From Ascoidea asiatica JCM 7603 (Eukaryota > Fungi > Ascomycota), in NCBI GenBank assembly GCA_001600695.1, contig BCKQ01000002.1:1075184-1139183 (forward strand): DNA of 64,000 bases, read 5' to 3'. How positions within the stretch are numbered: position 1 is the stretch's first letter; each line of letters starts with the position of its first letter. This document shows, piece by piece, positions 58,930 through 64,000 of the stretch. The notes beneath the pieces are model-generated. The model saw only the letters and a list, made by a program, of their open reading frames with translations, did no database searches and had not been told where the DNA came from. A program made the position numbers and the translations under genes.

Positions 58930-61900
58930 TCACAAGACCACTCCTGTTCCAATGGTGTATCCATCTTTTCTGAGAATAACCCTTCCAAGTCTTTCATCAT
59001 CTTCAAATTTTACCATCAGAAATTCTCTATTACCAATAATTTCAATCTCAACAATAGCACTTTGATATGAACTTAAATGTTTTATTTTCTTCTTCTTCTT
59101 TTTATTTTCTTCACTTTTATTATCTTTTGTTTTACTTATAATTTCTTTAATTTTATGAACTCTACATGGTACATTTCCTGATCCTCTAAATAAAATAAAT
59201 GAAGTACCAATTAATAATGGCATATCTTTTAAATCAAATAAAATTAATTTAATTTTATAAAATTTATTAATTAATATAATCTCATTCAATTTTTTATTTT
59301 CTTTATAATTTAAAATTAATTTTTCATTTATCTTACTTAAGAAATCTCCAGGTTTAATAATTTCATTTCCATTTCCATTACCATTACTATTTCCATTTGA
59401 AAGTAAAGCTTTTAATTCTTTATTCTTAAATATTAATGAAATATTATTATCTCTTTTTATACAATAATCTCTATTTTCAATTAAACTTGAATTTAATTCA
59501 TCTTTATTATTTCTATTATCTTTAAAAATTTTAATATTTTCAATTCTTAAACATATTTTACTTGGTAATATAATTATACTTTCTCCATTTTCAATCATTC
59601 CAGAATTAACTCTACCTGTTAAAATAATTTCATCTCCGGAATAATTCTCATTTCCATCTCCAATATTTATATCATTAATTGTAAAAATAAATTCTTCTTT
59701 TAAAAGTTTTTCTCTCTCATTTTTATTTTCATTATTAATAATTTTTGATTCTTCTTCTAATAATTCTAATAATGTTGGTAATTCATTTGAATACCATTTT
59801 AATAAATTTTTATCTTTTGATTTATTTATAACATTATCTCCATTTAATCCACTTATTGGTATAAATTTAATATTTTCTTTTTTAAAACCAATATTCTTAA
59901 TTAAATATTCATTAAATTCTTTTTTAATTAATAAATATCTTTCTTTATCAAAATTTACTGTATCTAATTTATTTATAATAACTATTAATCTTTTAATACC
60001 TAAACACTTAGCTAAAATTGTATGTTCTTTAGTTTGTCCATCAAATTTAAATCCACTTTCATATGATCCAATTGATCCATCAATTATTATTAATCCAATA
60101 TCTGCTTGTGATAATCCATTAATTAAATTTGGTACAAAATCTTTATGTCCAGGTGAATCAATCATAATAAATTTTGTTAAATTTGTTTCAAAATTTGTTT
60201 TACATATATCAACTGTCACACCTCTATTTCTTTCTTCTTCTGTTTGATCCATAATCCATGCTAATGCAAATGATCCTTTACCAATATTTGAACTTTCTTT
60301 ACTTAATTTATAAAGTAATTTTTTCTCAATAAATCCACAATCATATAAAATTCTACCCATTAATGTTGATTTACCTGAATCTATATGTCCAATAACTGTG
60401 AATGATAAATTTTTTTTAAAATTTCCATATTTAAAATTTTTAAATGGTTTAGTTATTTTTAAATTACTTTTTAAATTTGATAAATTTGAAGTAATTACTA
60501 AATCTTTTAAATTTTTTGTAAGATTTAAAGTTTCATTTATCTTTTCATTTTCATTATTTAAATTATTTGAATTTTTTCTATTATTAATTATAATATCATC
60601 TGGACTTGGTTTTGAAAAATTTTCTTTAATTTTATTTAATTTTTCATCTCTTTTAATTGTTTCTAAAAAAAAATTATTATTAGTAAAATTGTTTTTATTA
60701 AAATTTGAATTATAATCTATTGGTAAATAAATGGAATTTAAATATAATGAATTATTACTTATATTATTAATTAAATCATTTGAGGATATAACTTTTTGAA
60801 AAAAAATTGAAGAAAATGAACTTTTATCTTTCAATAAAAGTTTTTCATTTTCTTTATTATTATTTTTAAAAAAATCAATTAAACTTATACAAAAATTATC
60901 TCTATCATTATTTTTATCATTATTAAAATTAATATTTTGAAAAATTTTTGGCTCAGAATCATCTAATTTCTTTTGTAAATTATTTAAAACTAATTCTTTT
61001 TCCTTTTCTAATTCAATTTCCTTTTTCTTTTCTAGTTCTTTTGTTTTTTCTTTTTCTAATTCAATCTCTTTCAACTTGTTTGATTGCAAATCAATTTGTT
61101 CTTTATGTTTATCTTTCAGATAATTATTTAATCTATTAATTTTATTTATATCTGAGTCGTTTGGTTTTAGATTATTATTTTTACTTCTTGATAACCTAAG
61201 TGAAGCTAATTTTGATAATTTTTTTGTTGGAATAATTTCTTTTTTTGAATCATTTTGTAAATTATCAATTGATTTAGGTTGTAATTTTGAAACAGAATTG
61301 GAACTTGAATTTAAAGTATTATTAGATAAAGATAAATTATCAAGGATTGAGATGGATTTCGAATTATCAGAAGATCTAAATTTAGAGAAATTTGATAATC
61401 TATTAGATGGATTATTACTGCTATTAGATGAAATCTTAGAAGAAGAAACATTCAGTAAACTTTTCTCTTTTGAATTTCTTGATCTTGCCAATGCAACAAG
61501 TTTAGAAGGATCTTAAAACTGTTAGAATTAGCTTTTTTTTTTGTTATATAATGATAGAAATAATGATAAAAATAATAATAAAAATAAAAAAAATAAGAAT
61601 ATTAATAAGATTATAAGAATATAATTAAATTAGGTAAACTAAAGATTAAAAAATTAACATACTTTTTTTCAATTGAATTGAAGGAACTTGTTTCTTTTTA
61701 TATTTAGATTTTAATTCTAAAATTGTTTTATTTATATCTAAATAATTATACCATAAAGATTCTTTAATAATTTGATCATTTATACCAATATAATCAACTA
61801 ATTTTGGTTTCACTTTTGGTAATAGTTGAATAACTTCTTCTTCTTGATCAGAACTTATATCATCATAATCTATAAAATCATCATTTTCTTCAATTATTTC

Positions 61901-61957
61901 ATCATCATAATAATCATCATCTTGATAATCATTATTATTTTGATTAAATTTTCCCAT
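58930..61957 (-). CDS. HBS1: Hbs1/Ski7 translational GTPase; exon 1 61957-61663 is spliced to 61511 (long form, ~958 aa) or to 60662 (short form, ~675 aa)
   Basis: Exon 1 encodes the HBS1_N domain (IKESLWYNYLDI.KT..EL). Downstream: F.KPSPDD, GHIDSGKSTLMG, ERNRGVT, DSPGH, NKLD. GTATGT donor at 61662. Confidence 0.93.
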
Positions 61958-62571
61958 TTTGAGAACGTTATATATTTATTATAGTGGCTCCAATGACTAT
62001 TACTTTTGGTAAAACTATTTCTATAGATTTTTCATTTACAAGAGGATGCAAATGATTAATAATTGACCTTAACGATGTTATTTACTGGTCTTTGAATATA
62101 ATAGAAAGCCTTAAATGAAATCAGCTCAAAACTTTACCAAAAACCTTTTTATATTTGAGGTAAATGAAATAACAAATCATAACGGAAACAATATTCCATA
62201 GCCAGGATTGTTAAAAATTTATGGAATTGAATCCTGAGCATGGAAATATGGACACGGAAATATGGAATTTCAGCGTGGCTGAGTATTTCCTATTTAATTT
62301 GTACATGGCTTATACCGAGGCTCAGCCACTCCTGGAAAACAGACTCGTCGACAACAAACTTTGTGGAAGTTGAATCTGAGAAAGTGAGACTTCTTTTATG
62401 AAAACAGTTGCCAATCAATTATATGTTTATAATCAGCTTTAATTCAATCAATTCAATCAATTCCATTCAAATAGATTCTATTCTGTCAGTTCAATTTATT
62501 CATAAATTTTGATAAAATTCAATTCATTTTATCCATTTCAATTCAAATCAGATCAAATCAAGCTATGAAAA

Positions 62572-63306
62572 ATGTATGATTTTGATGAAGATGCTAATAT
62601 TATAGACAATATATGTTTTTCATGTAATAATGTAAAAGCATATACAGTACCAGCTCCAGAAGAACCTTCAGATCCAAATTCTGTATTTACTCAAGATCAA
62701 GATTTTGGTCTTTGGAATTTAGAAAATCCAATTTGGAGAGGTAGATTAGAATTACATGAAATTGAAGAAATAATTTCTCAAAATCAAGAAAATGTTAAAA
62801 AAAATCCAATTGAATTAATGAAATTAATTTTAACTTTATATAATTATGATGGTTCAATTTTTGCAAAAGTTAATTACATCATTGATGATATTAATTTAAC
62901 TAGAAATTATAATATTAAAAATACTTATTCAACTAAATTTTATTTAATTTTTGCTTATACTAAAAATATTAAAAAAATAGCTCTTGGTATACGTTTACCA
63001 ACTTTTGAAGATGTTAATGATTTTACTTCCTCATTATCTTCTTTTAGGAGGCGTTTAAAAGTTTTTGTTGATTCTTATAATGAACAACATGATTCTAAGT
63101 CAAGTAATCAAGATACTAATAGTAGCTCCAATGATAATGATAATCCTAATGATAGCTTTAATGATCTCTCTAGTGATCAGCCTAAGAGTACTTCTCTTAA
63201 AAGGCTAATAGATGATGTTACTCATGATGACAATGAACATAACAATGAAAATGAAGATGATGAAGATGATGATTTTGGAGATTTTGTTAAAAGTTCAAGT
63301 CAGTGA
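62572..63306 (+). CDS. NECAP/adaptin-ear-binding PHear-domain protein
   Basis: V.AY.VP, WNLENPIWRGRL, FA, S.KFY, ALGI..F..SL, and C-terminal DDDFGDFV gamma-ear-binding motif. Confidence 0.72.
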   Translation: MYDFDEDANIIDNICFSCNNVKAYTVPAPEEPSDPNSVFTQDQDFGLWNLENPIWRGRLELHEIEEIISQNQENVKKNPIELMKLILTLYNYDGSIFAKVNYIIDDINLTRNYNIKNTYSTKFYLIFAYTKNIKKIALGIRLPTFEDVNDFTSSLSSFRRRLKVFVDSYNEQHDSKSSNQDTNSSSNDNDNPNDSFNDLSSDQPKSTSLKRLIDDVTHDDNEHNNENEDDEDDDFGDFVKSSSQ

Positions 63307-63458
63307 TTTCAATGAGTAATTCTAATATATTCAATTCTACAATTTACCTTTAATAATTAAAATTTATTATTGTTCATACATATATCTACTTGTGTAATAT
63401 GCTTCTATACAATATTTGATATAAAATAATTATTATATAACATTTAGTATATAATATT

Positions 63459-64000
63459 TTAACTATTAAGAATATGCTTCTCATAAAATGTTTCCCATAA
63501 TTCAATACTTTCTTTTTGATTTTCAATCATACCTTCAAGATATGTTTCAACTGCATTTCTAAAATCTTCTGTTTTATTTTTCTCAAAATTTTTTAATTGT
63601 CCTTTGATAATATTTGAAATATTATCAAATTTTAATTTTATATTAATTAATTTATTTTCTGAATTATTTAATTCATTTTTAATCAAATTTAATTTATCAA
63701 TTTGATTTTTATGATTTTTATAAAATTTATCTAAACTTAATTGTTTTTTATTAACTTCAATTTCAATAATTTTTAATTGTTGTAAAATTTTAATTCTTTG
63801 ATTAAATATAACTCTAATTGATCTAATTTCTCTAATATATTCTTCAATTAAATATCCTAATGTTATCATATCTGAACTTGAATTTCTATTTAATAATTCT
63901 TTAATTCTATTTTCAATTTTACTAAATTCAAAAATTAAATTTGATGAATTTTTATTAATTTCTAGATTTGATAAATTTATTAGACTTATAGAAAATTCTT
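63459..64000 (-). CDS. VPS5: Retromer sorting nexin, C-terminal BAR domain (gene begins beyond the window)
   Basis: Frame open to the window end; TLG..IEEYIR.I.SI..F.QR and DFRNAVETYLE..IE.QKE.IELWETFY. Confidence 0.88.
   Translation of the reverse strand, partial: EFSISLINLSNLEINKNSSNLIFEFSKIENRIKELLNRNSSSDMITLGYLIEEYIREIRSIRVIFNQRIKILQQLKIIEIEVNKKQLSLDKFYKNHKNQIDKLNLIKNELNNSENKLINIKLKFDNISNIIKGQLKNFEKNKTEDFRNAVETYLEGMIENQKESIELWETFYEKHILNS

Overview
Very AT-rich nuclear DNA from a budding yeast (Saccharomycotina). It looks like a non-Saccharomycetaceae lineage, because it carries a complex I assembly factor and has relatively many introns with relaxed branch points. The window holds about 29 protein-coding genes, many with poly-N/Q/D-E tracts: LEU3 (5' part), MRPL27, DPB3-like, PRO1, OMA1, a divergent SAM50-family gene, HST3, SNF1, YTH-domain PHO92, RRT5-like, RPL29, VID28-like, YPQ, GLY1, YMR1, MOH1, CIA30, SNL1-like, VMS1, an RraA/HMG-aldolase, GVP36, EIS1-like, MPU1-like, FRE8-like, HBS1/SKI7, NECAP-like, VPS5 (3' part) and three orphans. 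Six genes contain 8 introns that the ORF track misses; I reconstructed them by hand. I found no tRNA, rRNA, CRISPR array or autonomous mobile element. The most notable signals are: (1) two in-frame alternative 3' splice sites in HBS1/SKI7; (2) non-canonical splice signals plus Ndt80 MSEs at RRT5; (3) a His/Pro/Arg-rich orphan beside FRE8 with a promoter array of ATGCCG repeats; (4) a recurrent TTAAGCGCCGA motif resembling URS1; (5) promoters in which tandem repeats multiply TF sites; (6) a near-consensus Gal4 site and an Mcm1-Fkh composite site. All gene names come from recalled motifs, not from database searches.
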